NCBI GenBank assembly: GCA_036806345.1
Contig: DAIROT010000004.1
Location: forward strand, 1-53,496
Source of the DNA: Acidimicrobiales bacterium
GTDB taxonomy: Bacteria; Actinomycetota; Acidimicrobiia; Acidimicrobiales; QHCF01
Length of the DNA stretch: 53,496 nt
Direction: 5' to 3'
Numbering within the stretch: the first letter of the stretch is position 1; every line of letters begins with the position of its first letter. A model generated the notes under the pieces. The model was not told the DNA's origin, did not search any database, and was given only the letters and a program-made list of their open reading frames with translations. A program made the translations under genes and the position numbers. Positions 17,899 through 26,646 of this stretch are shown one piece after another.

Positions 17899-19000
17899 CG
17901 AACTCGTCGTCGTCCAAGTCGAGGTCAGGCTCGGCGAAAATATCCTCTCGTGGCGACACGACCTTCGGCCCGGCACGCTCCTCGGGCCTGGCCCGGTCCT
18001 CGTCCCAGCGCTCGAAGCCGGCCGCGATCACCGTGACCCGGACCTCGTCGCCCATGGCGTCGTCGATGACGCTGCCGAAGATGATGTTGGCGTCGGGATG
18101 GCCCACTCCATGGATGATCTCGGCTGCCTCGTTGACCTCGAACAGCCCGAGGTCGTTGCCGCCCGCGATGTTGAGCAGGATGCCCCTCGCCCCCTCGATG
18201 GAGGCCTCCAGCAACGGGCTGGTGATGGCCCCACGAGCGGCGTTGACCGCCCTGCCCTCCCCCGACGCCGAGCCGATCCCCATGATGGCCGTACCGGCAT
18301 TGCTCATGATCATCTTGACGTCGGCGAAGTCGGTGTTGATGAGGCCGGGAGTGGTGATGAGGTCAGTGATCCCCTGCACTCCCTGGAGGAGGATCTCATC
18401 GGCCATCTTGAAGGCGTTCATCATCGACGTCTTGTCGTTGGACACCGTGAGCAAGCGGTCATTGGGGATGATGATGAGGGTGTCGACCTTCTCCTTCAGG
18501 CGCTGGATGCCGGACTCGGCCTGGACGGCGCGTCGGCGCCCCTCGAACGCGAACGGCCGGGTCACCACGCCGATCGTCAGCGCCCCGAGGCTCTTGGCGA
18601 TCTCGGCCACCACCGGAGCCCCGCCAGTGCCCGTTCCACCTCCCTCTCCGGCCGTGATGAACACCATGTCAGCGCCCTTGAGGACCTCGTCGATCTCGTC
18701 ATTGTGGTCCTCGGCCGCCTGGCGGCCGATGTCGGGATCGCTCCCGGCGCCCAGCCCTCGGGTCAGCTGGCGACCGATGTCGAGCTTGACATCGGCGTCG
18801 CTCATCAACAGGGCCTGGGCATCAGTGTTCACCGCAATGAACTCGACGCCCTTTAGGCCTGCGTCGATCATCCGATTGACGGCGTTTACTCCTCCGCCTC
18901 CGATGCCGACTACCTTGATTACCGCTATGTAGTTTTGCGATGCGACCGGCATGGGCCTGTGTGCCGCCTTCCGTTGTCCACCAGTGGGGGCTATCGCCAT
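17873..19000 (-). CDS. ftsZ: Cell division GTPase FtsZ
   Basis: [11 protein letters not shown], the [10 protein letters not shown] tubulin signature, NTDFADV, and a C-terminal [12 protein letters not shown] peptide. The ATG at 19000 is preceded by GGAGGGTGAGGG. An alternative ATG lies at 18952. Confidence 0.97.
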   Translation of the reverse strand: MAIAPTGGQRKAAHRPMPVASQNYIAVIKVVGIGGGGVNAVNRMIDAGLKGVEFIAVNTDAQALLMSDADVKLDIGRQLTRGLGAGSDPDIGRQAAEDHNDEIDEVLKGADMVFITAGEGGGTGTGGAPVVAEIAKSLGALTIGVVTRPFAFEGRRRAVQAESGIQRLKEKVDTLIIIPNDRLLTVSNDKTSMMNAFKMADEILLQGVQGITDLITTPGLINTDFADVKMIMSNAGTAIMGIGSASGEGRAVNAARGAITSPLLEASIEGARGILLNIAGGNDLGLFEVNEAAEIIHGVGHPDANIIFGSVIDDAMGDEVRVTVIAAGFERWDEDRARPEERAGPKVVSPREDIFAEPDLDLDDDEFDVPSFLKG

Positions 19001-19054
19001 CCCTCACCCTCCACTAAAGGTTGTGAGTTATGTCAACCTCTCGGTTCGCTTCAA

Positions 19055-19083
19055 ACTATAGAAGGGGATTCACCATCGGTCAA
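19055..19083 (-). promoter_or_regulatory. Candidate ftsZ-proximal promoter (TTGACC-N17-TATAGT)
   Basis: On the minus strand, -35 TTGACC (19083-78), a 17-nt spacer, and -10 TATAGT (19060-55). It lies about 55 nt upstream of the ftsZ ATG, inside the 365-nt ftsQ-ftsZ spacer. Confidence 0.55.
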
Positions 19084-19365
19084 GGGCAGATTTCCCGGTC
19101 CAGATTGCGGTGGCTGAGTCTCCGACCTCCGCCGATCCGCCGTCCCAGTCGATCCGCAGCCGCGGGCCCCCTTCAATTGTCGGCAACACGGTGGTGAACC
19201 TCACTCGCAGACTTGTCGATCCCGAGCCGTCGGCGCTCCTCGACAATGGACTCTGAGGCTTCGATCAGGACAGCACGCACCCGAGTCAGTTTCTCACAGA
19301 GATCCGCATCCGTCACAGGCCGTCGCGAGCTTGACCTTGTCAATGGTAAGCGGTGTTGTCAACCG

Positions 19366-20355
19366 TCAGCCTCGGGTCAGGGCCGGGGATTGGGGAACCC
19401 GTAGGTCAACGCTTCGAACACCGGCCAGGTCGGCCTGGTTGACGAGAAGGGCCAACGCCTGAAGCTTGGCGTCGAGTTGATCGGTACCGCCCAGCACGAC
19501 CGTGGCGCCGGTGGAGGTCACCGGCGCCGGTCGAGGACCAGGATGGCCGGTCACCGCAGGAGGACTTCCCGATGGGGCTATCGGCTCGGGGGCCCCTGGG
19601 ACCGGACGTAGGACCATCTCCAGGTCTCCTACCCCGACCGCATTCACCGTCGCCACTCGTTGGGCCAGGGACGGAGCCAAATCCACCACCGCGTCCAACG
19701 CCGGCCCGGCTCCCTGCTCCAGCCGGGTTCCCGGCGCTCCCGGGTCGCCCACGCCGCTCAGGACGACCAGCCCTGGCGGTGGCTGGGGAACGTCGGCCAG
19801 CACTCGGGCCGACCGATCCACCAACGTCCAGTTGCTCCCTCCACCTGACGCGGTACCCGCGCCGGCGCCCCGCCGGGAAACCACGGCTACCGGCTGGCGC
19901 TCCACCACAGAGATCTGCACCCTCGATGGCCAGTGCCGCTCGATACGGGCATCAGCCACCCATGGCAGGCGTTCGATTCGTCGGGCCGCCCGGGAACCCT
20001 CGACGTCGATCATCAGCCTGCTCAGTTGGGCAGCCGAGCGCACACTGGCCCGGCTGGTATGGCTGACGCCGGTCACCTGGACGGTGCCCACGGCCAGGAC
20101 AGACGAGTGGAGCAGGGCCACGCCACCGATGCCCAGGGTGACCACGCCGGCCACGATGGCGACGGCACGGAGGCGGCGCCTGCTCTCATGGCGGCGCGCC
20201 GCCATCCGTCGTTCACCAAAGCGGGGGTCGATCAGCGGCCGCCCCACTCCCGACCGCCCCCCGGACAGGGACCTCCCTGCTCCCAGCGGCTCCCTGGGCC
20301 GGTGTCCCCTGGGCCGCGGCTCGGCCTGCATCGCGGCGCGCCGGACGATCCTCAA
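19366..20355 (-). CDS. ftsQ: Cell division protein FtsQ/DivIB (POTRA domain)
   Basis: Arg-rich cytoplasmic tail, a single TM (AVAIVAGVVTLGIGGVALL), then a VQVTGVSHTSRASV POTRA start. TTG start in a TTGA overlap with the murB stop. Confidence 0.75.
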   Translation of the reverse strand: MRIVRRAAMQAEPRPRGHRPREPLGAGRSLSGGRSGVGRPLIDPRFGERRMAARRHESRRRLRAVAIVAGVVTLGIGGVALLHSSVLAVGTVQVTGVSHTSRASVRSAAQLSRLMIDVEGSRAARRIERLPWVADARIERHWPSRVQISVVERQPVAVVSRRGAGAGTASGGGSNWTLVDRSARVLADVPQPPPGLVVLSGVGDPGAPGTRLEQGAGPALDAVVDLAPSLAQRVATVNAVGVGDLEMVLRPVPGAPEPIAPSGSPPAVTGHPGPRPAPVTSTGATVVLGGTDQLDAKLQALALLVNQADLAGVRSVDLRVPQSPALTRG

Positions 20356-21407
20356 GAGGCTCTCCCCGGCCGAGAACCCGCGCTCGACGCTGCCTCGGTA
20401 CCTGGCTCGGAGAACCCGAGCATGCGAACCTCGGGCACCAGCTCGATGCCCAGCCGCTGGCTCACCAGATGGCGAACCTCCTCGATCAGGGCCCTCACGT
20501 CGTCGGCCCTGCCGTGGGGGTCGGCCTGGATGAAGTTGGCGTGCTTGGTCGAGATCGACGCCGATCCGATCCGGTGGCCCTTGAGGCCGGCGGCCTGTAT
20601 CACCCGGCCCGAGGAGTCGCCGGGCGGGTTGGTGAACACCGAGCCGGCATTCTGGCCACCGGGCTGGTGCTCCCGGCGCCAGCGGACGATGTCGGCGATG
20701 GCCCCCTCCGAGCGCTTCCGGTTGCCGGCGTCCAGGTCCATCTCGACCCAGGTCACCACCTGGCTCGGGATCAGGTTGGAGTGGCGATAGGAGTAGCCAA
20801 GGGCACCGGTTTCCATCACCGTCTCACCAGGTTCATCCGGATCAGCCAGGCTGACCACCCCTGCACGGCTCAGGCACCGCGACATGTCCGACCCGTGGCC
20901 GCCGGCATTCATATGCACCGCCCCGCCCACCAACCCCGGAACGCCCACTGCCCACTCGAAGCCAGCAAGGCCGGCTGCTGCAGTGCGACGGGCCAGCACC
21001 GGCAGGCTGACCGCGCCGCCCGCCCTGACCCGGTGCTCCTGGATCTCGATGCCAGCGAAGGCCGCCCCCAGAGTCACCACCAGGCCAGGGAAGCCGCCGT
21101 CGGCCACCAACAGGTTGGAGCCCCGGCCCAGCACCACCGCCGGTAGCGAGGTGGCCAGCACGGCCCGGCCCACCGCGGCCAGTTGGACGTGGTCGGCCAC
21201 CTCCACGAACAGGGCGGCCGGGCCGCCCACCCGGTAGGTGGTGAGGGGGCCGATGGGCCAGTCCCGCCGGACCAGAGACCCCAGCATGGCCACCGCCTCC
21301 TCGACCTGCTGGGCCGGGACCTGCTGGGCCGGGACCTGCTGGGCCGGGATCTGCTGGCTGCCCCGGGGCAGGCCGTCCGACGGGGGCAGCCCCTGGCGCT
21401 CAGTCAC
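20352..21407 (-). CDS. murB: UDP-N-acetylenolpyruvoylglucosamine reductase MurB
   Basis: PLTTYRVGGPA..., GRGSNLLV and the FAD-binding/MurB C-terminal pattern. The start is ambiguous: GTG at 21407 overlaps the murC stop by 8 nt and translates a (PAQQV)n repeat, while ATG at 21287 gives the canonical core. Confidence 0.85.
   Translation of the reverse strand: MTERQGLPPSDGLPRGSQQIPAQQVPAQQVPAQQVEEAVAMLGSLVRRDWPIGPLTTYRVGGPAALFVEVADHVQLAAVGRAVLATSLPAVVLGRGSNLLVADGGFPGLVVTLGAAFAGIEIQEHRVRAGGAVSLPVLARRTAAAGLAGFEWAVGVPGLVGGAVHMNAGGHGSDMSRCLSRAGVVSLADPDEPGETVMETGALGYSYRHSNLIPSQVVTWVEMDLDAGNRKRSEGAIADIVRWRREHQPGGQNAGSVFTNPPGDSSGRVIQAAGLKGHRIGSASISTKHANFIQADPHGRADDVRALIEEVRHLVSQRLGIELVPEVRMLGFSEPGTEAASSAGSRPGRAS
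21303..21357 (-). repeat. 15-bp tandem repeat (gacctgctgggccgg, 3 perfect copies plus one partial) at the murC-murB junction
   Basis: Units at 21303-21317, 21318-21332 and 21333-21347, then gatctgctgg. It encodes (PAQQV)n if murB starts at 21407. Confidence 0.95.
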
Positions 21408-22803
21408 GGCCGCGCCACGCCGTCGCCAGCTCGTCGGCCAGCGTGGTGAGGTCCCCGGCCCCCAGGGTGAGGCACACGTCACCGGCCGTCAGGGTGGCGC
21501 TCAGGAATTCCACCACCTCCGGCCTGGTGCCCAGGTAGACCACGTTGGCGGCCGGATGGGCCTCGGTCACCGCCCGGGCCACCAGCTCTCCGGTGATCCC
21601 CGGTCGTGGCTCTTCGCCGGCCGAGTAGATGTCACACACCACCACCAGGTCGGCGGCCACGAAAGCATCGGCAAAATCGGCCCACAGGGTGGCAGTGCGC
21701 GAATATCGGTGGGGCTGGAAGACACACACCACCCGTTCCCAGCCACCGTCGGCCGCGGTGGACAGGGCGGCTGTCACCTCACCGGGGAGGTGGGCGTAGT
21801 CGTCGACGAAGCTCACGCCACGCTCCGAGCCGCGAAACTGGAAGCGCCGGGCCACGCCGGCGAAGCGGGCCAGGGCCCGCTGGGCGTGCTCGAAACGGGC
21901 CCCCAGCGACAAGGCGATCGCCGTCGCCCCAGCTGCGTTGCGGGCGTTGTGCAGGCCAGGCACACTCACCTGCAGACGCCCCAGGCTCTGGCCCTCGAGC
22001 TCGAGATCGAAGCTGGTCCGGGCACGCGAGCGCTCGATGGCGACCATGCGGTAGCGGGCGTGGGCCGAGGTGCCGTAGGTGGACGCGCCCTCGGCTGCGG
22101 AGAGACCGGCAGCCGTGGGTTCGTCGGCGCACACCGCCCGGGGACCGGTAACCGAGCCGAGGAAGCGGTCGAAGTTGGCCACCAAGGCCTCGAAGGAGCC
22201 GTGGTACTCCAGATGGTCCGGCTCCACGCTGGTGAGCACGGCGGCCTCGGGGTTGAGTCGCAGGAACGTCCCGTCGCTCTCATCGGCCTCCACCACCAAC
22301 CACTCCCCCGAGTCCCACACCGCGCCGGTACCGATCTCGTTGAGCTCGCCGCCGATGATGAAGGAGGGCTGGATACCCGCCTCCACCAGGACCAGGGACA
22401 GCATCGACGCGGTAGTGGTCTTGCCGTGGGTGCCGGCCACCGCCACGGTGCGACGGGTGGCGCAGATGGCGGCCAGGATGTCGGCCCGGCTCAGCACCGG
22501 GATGCCCCGCTCGGTGGCCGCCACCACCTCGGGATTGGATCGCCCCACCGCGCTGGAGACGGCCACCGCGTCCACCTGGCCCACGTTGTCGCCTCGGTGG
22601 CCCACCACCACCGACGCTCCTGCGGCTCGGAGACGCTCCAGGCTGGGCGACCCACGCACGTCGCTCCCGCTCACGGTATGGCCCATGGCCGCCAGCACCG
22701 AGGCGATGGCGCTCATCCCCGCGCCCCCCGCTCCCACCACGTGGATCCTCTGGGGGCTGCTCAGGTCGAGGGGCGGGGCTCCGCTCCCGGTCCGATCGGT
22801 CAT
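21400..22803 (-). CDS. murC: UDP-N-acetylmuramate--L-alanine ligase MurC
   Basis: IHVVGAGGAGMSAIA, GTHGKTTT P-loop, DDYAHLPGE. The ATG at 22803 forms an ATGA overlap with the murG stop. The ORF-track extension to 23109 lies inside murG. Confidence 0.92.
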   Translation of the reverse strand: MTDRTGSGAPPLDLSSPQRIHVVGAGGAGMSAIASVLAAMGHTVSGSDVRGSPSLERLRAAGASVVVGHRGDNVGQVDAVAVSSAVGRSNPEVVAATERGIPVLSRADILAAICATRRTVAVAGTHGKTTTASMLSLVLVEAGIQPSFIIGGELNEIGTGAVWDSGEWLVVEADESDGTFLRLNPEAAVLTSVEPDHLEYHGSFEALVANFDRFLGSVTGPRAVCADEPTAAGLSAAEGASTYGTSAHARYRMVAIERSRARTSFDLELEGQSLGRLQVSVPGLHNARNAAGATAIALSLGARFEHAQRALARFAGVARRFQFRGSERGVSFVDDYAHLPGEVTAALSTAADGGWERVVCVFQPHRYSRTATLWADFADAFVAADLVVVCDIYSAGEEPRPGITGELVARAVTEAHPAANVVYLGTRPEVVEFLSATLTAGDVCLTLGAGDLTTLADELATAWRGRD

Positions 22804-24017
22804 CGCTGCCTCCGGGCGTTGCTCTCGACCAGCTGAGCCACCCGTGCGGCGGCATCGGGTCGGCCCATCCGGCCCGCCGCCCGACCCATCGTGGCCAGAC
22901 GCTCGGGGTCGGCCAGGAGGTCGCCCACCACCTCGGCCAGTCGGGTCGGCGTGCACTGCTCGTCGACCAGCCGCACCGCCCCCCCGGCACTCACCATGGC
23001 CTTGGCGTTGGCTGTCTGATGATCGCCGGGGGCACCCGGGAGAGGTACCAGGACACTGGGCACTCCAGCCACCGCCAGCTCGGCCACCGAGGTGGCCCCC
23101 GCTCGGCACACCACCAGGTCGGCGGCGGCCAGGACACAGTCCATGTGCTCCTCGTACTCCACCCCCTGGTAAACCAGCCCCCCGCCCGGTGCCCTGGGCA
23201 GATCTCGGGCCACTTCGGGCCAGTCCCGCCGGCCGACCACGTGATAGATGGCCAGGTCGCCGCGACCGGCCCAGTCCCGAGCCAGCCCCAGGGCGGCCTG
23301 GTTGATCCGAAGGGCACCCAACGAGCCGCCAAAGACGGCCACCACCATCCTCTCCTCCAGCAGGCCCAGTCGGGCCCGAGCGGCGGCTCGCCCCTCCGAT
23401 GAACGGTCCACCGCCGCCATCTCTGGCCTCACCGGGTTACCGGTCACCACGGCGCGAGGTAGAGCCGTGCCCTCGAAGGCCACCGCGCTGGCCCGAGCCA
23501 GTCGGCCGACCAGGCGGTTGGCCGCCCCCGGCACGGCGTTGGACTCGGCCACCACCAAGGGCACACGTAGGGCCACTGCCGCCAGGGCGCACGGCAGGCC
23601 GGCATAGCCGCCCACCGACAGGACCACGGCCGGGTGGCGCCGGGCCACCAGGCGCAGGGCCATGGCCAGGGCCTGGGCCAGGCCAGCCAGGGCACCCAGG
23701 TTGTCCCGATCGAGGTGGCGGACCAGCCCCCGGCCCGGTAGGAGGGTCACCTCGAAGCCGGCCGCCGGGACCAGGCGGCCCTCGATGCCTCGGCGGGAAC
23801 CGACGAAGTGGATGTTGGACTGCGGATGACCGGCCTCCACCAGGGCGTGGCCCACGGCCAGGGCGGGCAGGACGTGGCCCGCGGTACCGCCCCCGGCCAC
23901 GATGGCAAATGTGGCCGAGTCCCCTCGGTCACTGGCCCCCGTACTCCTGGGGTCACTGGCCCCCGTACCCCTGGGGCGGCCCCAGCCCGAGCGAAGGCGG
24001 CGACAGGCGAGCCTCAT
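22800..24017 (-). CDS. murG: Lipid II synthase MurG (UDP-GlcNAc:lipid I GlcNAc transferase)
   Basis: GGGTAGHVLPALAV G-loop and ...RAGATSVAELAVAGVPSVLVPLP...HQTANA. ATGA overlap with the ftsW stop. It has a roughly 35-aa N-terminal extension containing a 24-bp tandem duplication. Confidence 0.9.
   Translation of the reverse strand: MRLACRRLRSGWGRPRGTGASDPRSTGASDRGDSATFAIVAGGGTAGHVLPALAVGHALVEAGHPQSNIHFVGSRRGIEGRLVPAAGFEVTLLPGRGLVRHLDRDNLGALAGLAQALAMALRLVARRHPAVVLSVGGYAGLPCALAAVALRVPLVVAESNAVPGAANRLVGRLARASAVAFEGTALPRAVVTGNPVRPEMAAVDRSSEGRAAARARLGLLEERMVVAVFGGSLGALRINQAALGLARDWAGRGDLAIYHVVGRRDWPEVARDLPRAPGGGLVYQGVEYEEHMDCVLAAADLVVCRAGATSVAELAVAGVPSVLVPLPGAPGDHQTANAKAMVSAGGAVRLVDEQCTPTRLAEVVGDLLADPERLATMGRAAGRMGRPDAAARVAQLVESNARRQR
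23929..23976 (-). repeat. 24-bp tandem duplication in the murG 5' end
   Basis: tcactggcccccgtac[t/c]cctgggg twice (23929-23952 and 23953-23976, 1 mismatch). It encodes PRGTGASD/PRSTGASD. Confidence 0.95.
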
Positions 24018-25261
24018 CGGCGGGCCGCTCGCAGGGTCCTGGCCGCCCCCGTGCGCTGGCCAGCACTCCGAGGTTGGCCAGCACTCCGAGGTTGGCCAGC
24101 ACTCCGAGGTTGGCCAGCACGACGAGGCTGCGCGGCCACGTTGAGCAGCACGCCGGTGGCAGCCATGAGGATGGCGAGCGAGGACCCGCCGTAGGACACA
24201 AAAGGAAGCGGTACGCCCGTGACCGGTAGGGCCCCCACCACCGCTCCGATGTTGATCACCGCCTGGCCGACGATCCAGCAGGTGATGCCGGCCGCCATCA
24301 GAGCCCCGAACCGGTCAGGGGCCCGACCCGCAATACGGATGCCCAGCACGGCCAGGGCCACGAACAGGCCCACCACCAGCACCGCCCCGATCAGGCCCAG
24401 CTCCTCGCCGATGATGGCGAAGATGAAGTCGGTGTAGGCGTTGGGCAAGAAGCCCCACTTGGCTCGGCTGGCGCCCAGGCCCACCCCGAACAAGTGCCCC
24501 GACGTCAAGCCCACCAGCGACTGGACCACCTGGTAGCCGGAGTTGGAGGCGTGGGCCAAGGGGTTGGTGAACGACAGCAACCGAGCCCGCTGATAGGGCT
24601 TCATCGCACTGGAGATGACGGCCCCCCCCACCAGGAGAGCCACCACGCCGGACATGGTGGCCAGGCGGGTGCCGGCGCACCACAGCAGCCCCAGGGTGAT
24701 GCAGGCCAGCACCAGGGTGGTGCCCAGGTCGGGCTGGGTGAAGATCAGGGCGCCGGCCAGGCCGAAGACGACCAGGATCGGTCGCAGGGTGACCCGCCAG
24801 TCGCCCATTCGGTCGGCCCGGCGAGCCAGCAGGTCGGCCCCGAACAACACCATGGCCAGCTTGGTCAGCTCGGAGGGCTGGATGCGCAGCGAGCCGGCGC
24901 CCAGCCATCGGCTGGATCCCCCCACCGTCACCCCGAACCCGGGCACCAGGATCAGGACCAGCAGGAACAGGCAGGCCACCATGAACCACCTGCTCCATCG
25001 CCGCCAGGACCGGTAGTCGACCCGTATGGTGATGGCCATGGCGATGCCGCCGACAGCCAGCCACTGGACCTGGCGCACGAAGAAATACCACGACGAGCCG
25101 TGCACCCGCAGGGACTCGACCGACGAGGCAGACAGCACCATCACCAGGCCGATCACGTTGAGGATCACGACCAGGGCCAGCAACCCGACGAAGACAGCCG
25201 GCTTTTGTGGGCCCGGCGGCTTGGCCGGGACGCTCGAGCGCCGGGACAACAGGGCTCTCAA
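24014..25261 (-). CDS. ftsW: SEDS-family peptidoglycan polymerase FtsW
   Basis: Polytopic FtsW/RodA pattern (...FTQPDLGTTLV..., ...TDFIFAIIGEELGLIG..., ...LPVTGVPLPFVSYGGSS). The TTG at 25261 forms a TTGA overlap with the murD stop. Confidence 0.9.
   Translation of the reverse strand: MRALLSRRSSVPAKPPGPQKPAVFVGLLALVVILNVIGLVMVLSASSVESLRVHGSSWYFFVRQVQWLAVGGIAMAITIRVDYRSWRRWSRWFMVACLFLLVLILVPGFGVTVGGSSRWLGAGSLRIQPSELTKLAMVLFGADLLARRADRMGDWRVTLRPILVVFGLAGALIFTQPDLGTTLVLACITLGLLWCAGTRLATMSGVVALLVGGAVISSAMKPYQRARLLSFTNPLAHASNSGYQVVQSLVGLTSGHLFGVGLGASRAKWGFLPNAYTDFIFAIIGEELGLIGAVLVVGLFVALAVLGIRIAGRAPDRFGALMAAGITCWIVGQAVINIGAVVGALPVTGVPLPFVSYGGSSLAILMAATGVLLNVAAQPRRAGQPRSAGQPRSAGQPRSAGQRTGAARTLRAARR
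24058..24129 (-). repeat. 18-bp tandem repeat (ggccagcactccgaggtt, 3 perfect copies plus one diverged) in the ftsW 3' end
   Basis: Units at 24058-24075, 24076-24093 and 24094-24111, with a diverged fourth at 24112-24129. It encodes (AGQPRS)n in the cytoplasmic tail. Confidence 0.95.
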
Positions 25262-26646
25262 CGAACCGCCCCATTCTTTGGGCGCTCTTGGGCACCTGAA
25301 GGGGATGATCCGTCCAAAGAATGACCCGAAGTCACTCCCGGCCCCAACGCCGTCCTGACCGCTCGGGCGAAGTCGTCGCCCCGCTCGGCGTACGACCCGT
25401 ACCAGTCGAACGAAGTGCACGCCGGGGACAACACCACCGAGTCACCGGGCCGGGCCGCCTCGGCCGCCAAGGCCACCGCCTCATCCATCGATCCGGCCGC
25501 CACCACTGGGCTAAGGCCGGCGAAGGCCGCCTCTATCTCGCCCGCCGCCTCCCCGATGGCCACCACCGACCGGATCCGCCCGGCGCCGGCCCGCAGAGCG
25601 GACAGATCCATCCCCTTGTTGCGCCCGCCGGCCACCAGAACCACCGAGGCGAGGCCCCCCAGGGCGGCCAGCACCGAGGCCGGGGTGGTGGCCTTGGAGT
25701 CGTCGTACCACGACACCCCACCGTGCCGGCCTACCAGCTCCACCCGATGCGGTAGGCCGCCGAAGTCCATCAGCACCTCTCGGCAGGCCTCGGCACTGGC
25801 CCCCCCGGCCCCGGCGGTGGCCACCGCGGCCAGGGCGTTGGCCAGGTCGTGGGGCATGGTCCGGGGCAGCTCGTCCACCCTGGCCACCACTCCCTGGGGC
25901 GAAATTAGGCGTTGGTCGTGCACCCGGTAGTCGCCCACTCCCAGCCCGAAGGTGACCAGCCGGGCCGGGGCTGACCAGGCGGCCGCCGTGACCACCGGAT
26001 CCTCGGCATTGGCCACCGCCACCTCACCGGCCCCCTGGTTGGCCCAGATGCGGGCCTTGGCCGCCACATAGCCATCCATCCCCAGGTGCCAGTCGAGGTG
26101 GTCCTCAGCCACATTGAGCCAGGTCGCCACCTGCGGTCGAAATGTCGAGGTCAGGGCCAGCTGGAACGACGACACCTCCACCACCAGCACCTCGGCATCG
26201 GTGGCCACCGCCTCCACCAGCGGCATGCCGATATTGCCGGCCGCTACGGCGCGGTACCCGCTGGCAGCCAGCATCCGGGTCACCAGGGTGGTCACTGTGG
26301 TTTTGCCGTTGGTCCCCGTGATGGCCAGGATCGGCACCGTCGTGGCCCGGGCCGCCAGCTCCACTTCGCTCATCACGGGGATGCCCGGATCCAGGGCGAA
26401 GACCGGGTGGTGGGCCGGGACACCCGGGCTCACCACCACCACTTCGACGCCCTGGGCCAGCTCGGCCAGACGGGACGGCGTGGGGGCCTCCACCAGCTCG
26501 ACACCCAGGGCGGCAGCCCGCTGGCGCAGGGCCGGGTGGGAGTGGTCATCGACTGCGACTACCGAGAGGCCCAATTTCGCAAAGTGCCTGACCACGGCCT
26601 CACCCGTGCGGGCCAACCCGACCACCAGGGCACCCGAGCGACCCAT
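25258..26646 (-). CDS. murD: UDP-N-acetylmuramoylalanine--D-glutamate ligase MurD
   Basis: VVGLARTGEAV Rossmann-like N-terminus and ITGTNGKTTV P-loop. The ATG at 26646 shares 1 nt with the mraY stop (TGATG). Confidence 0.9.
   Translation of the reverse strand: MGRSGALVVGLARTGEAVVRHFAKLGLSVVAVDDHSHPALRQRAAALGVELVEAPTPSRLAELAQGVEVVVVSPGVPAHHPVFALDPGIPVMSEVELAARATTVPILAITGTNGKTTVTTLVTRMLAASGYRAVAAGNIGMPLVEAVATDAEVLVVEVSSFQLALTSTFRPQVATWLNVAEDHLDWHLGMDGYVAAKARIWANQGAGEVAVANAEDPVVTAAAWSAPARLVTFGLGVGDYRVHDQRLISPQGVVARVDELPRTMPHDLANALAAVATAGAGGASAEACREVLMDFGGLPHRVELVGRHGGVSWYDDSKATTPASVLAALGGLASVVLVAGGRNKGMDLSALRAGAGRIRSVVAIGEAAGEIEAAFAGLSPVVAAGSMDEAVALAAEAARPGDSVVLSPACTSFDWYGSYAERGDDFARAVRTALGPGVTSGHSLDGSSPSGAQERPKNGAVR

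Noticed and set aside
19213-19404. 63-aa plus-strand ORF in the ftsQ-ftsZ spacer
   Set aside because: It runs opposite to the operon, overlaps the ftsQ 3' end, and is Ser/Arg-rich with no SD. The minus-strand 47-codon candidate is discussed under findings instead.
21238-22836. 532-aa plus-strand ORF
   Set aside because: Antisense shadow of murC (and the murB 5' end). The minus strand carries the clear Mur ligase P-loop.
22804-23109. N-terminal extensions in the ORF track (murC to 23109, murD to 26913, ftsI to 31857, ftsW to 25420, rsmH to 33367, yggT to 16035)
   Set aside because: Each extension lies inside the upstream gene in another frame, is low complexity, and is replaced by an in-frame ATG/GTG/TTG that overlaps the upstream stop codon by 1-4 nt.
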